This document shows, in pieces, positions 63,477 through 64,000 of a stretch of 64,000 nt of DNA (the stretch's first letter is position 1; the number at the start of each line of letters is the position of its first letter). The stretch lies in the NCBI RefSeq assembly GCF_009914755.1, contig NC_060947.1. One strand, written 5' to 3'. This stretch comes from the human T2T-CHM13v2.0 reference genome, Homo sapiens. A program made the translations under genes and the position numbers. Below the pieces are notes generated by a model. The model was not told where the DNA came from and did not search any database. It was given only the letters and a program-made list of their open reading frames with translations.

Positions 63477-64000
63477 GTGTCTCTTTTTTTTTTTTTTTTT
63501 TTTTCTCAGTACAGACTTTGTATTTAAAATCAGACTACAAGGATTCTTAGTAAAGCATAAATCAGATAGGAGTCCTGATAATTCTAAGAAATATTTCTTC
63601 TGCTTATTTTATGTGATTTATTTAGAGTTATCATCCATAATGTTGCAAGGTGGCAGGCATTTTTAAATTTTAATTGCTGGCTTCTTCACTCATGTTATGA
63701 GTAGTTAAGAGTGGAAAACCATCCCCAGCCATTCACCGTTAATGTACATGAGTGACTATGATGTCAGAACAAAAATCAGACCTGCCTTAGTAATGTGTTT
63801 TCCCACTTGTGAAATTGGAATACGGATACTCTATTACCATGGATATCTGCTATTTAAATATGCTGAAAGATTTAAAGTGCTGTCTTGTATTTGTGGGATT
63901 TTGTAATCATGAGCAGTAAATTATCCAAGAATATAATTACAAATTGTATGTTAGGATTAATATGGATTAAAAATCATTACTATAGTTAAAAAATTTGTAT

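Noticed and set aside
63480-63520. Strong-looking acceptor (poly-T then CTCAG) as FAM199X exon 3
   Set aside because: The downstream sequence does not encode the remembered continuation (LPGSDIASG...) and is AT-rich with stops

Overview
Primate genomic DNA, most likely human Xq22.2 (locus inferred from the FAM199X protein sequence). The window is mostly interspersed repeats (Alu, L1, L2, MIR, LTRs, DNA transposons). The only protein-coding sequence I can support is FAM199X coding exons 1 (49982-50178) and 2 (58818-59037), downstream of a CpG-island promoter. A second CpG island at ~39.8-40.35 kb fits the promoter and non-coding first exon of minus-strand SLC25A53 (inferred from remembered synteny), so bases 1-40 kb are probably intronic. 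The most unusual object is a TSD-flanked L1 (25815-32048) that appears to record four events. (1) It was retrotransposed from a 5'UTR-spliced RNA. (2) A ~220-bp inverted copy of its own 5' junction plus unique flank was inserted into ORF2. (3) An AluY later landed in the 5'UTR and is absent from that copy. (4) A younger L1PA3-like segment replaced ~29.6-31.66 kb, leaving two tandem 3' ends. A second local inverted duplication of ~157 bp lies at 40914-41070 / 41667-41826. The two duplications are mirror-symmetric about the 40.1-kb promoter. Repeat subfamily names come from remembered consensus sequences and need Dfam/RepeatMasker confirmation. Most ORF-track entries are repeat-derived noise.
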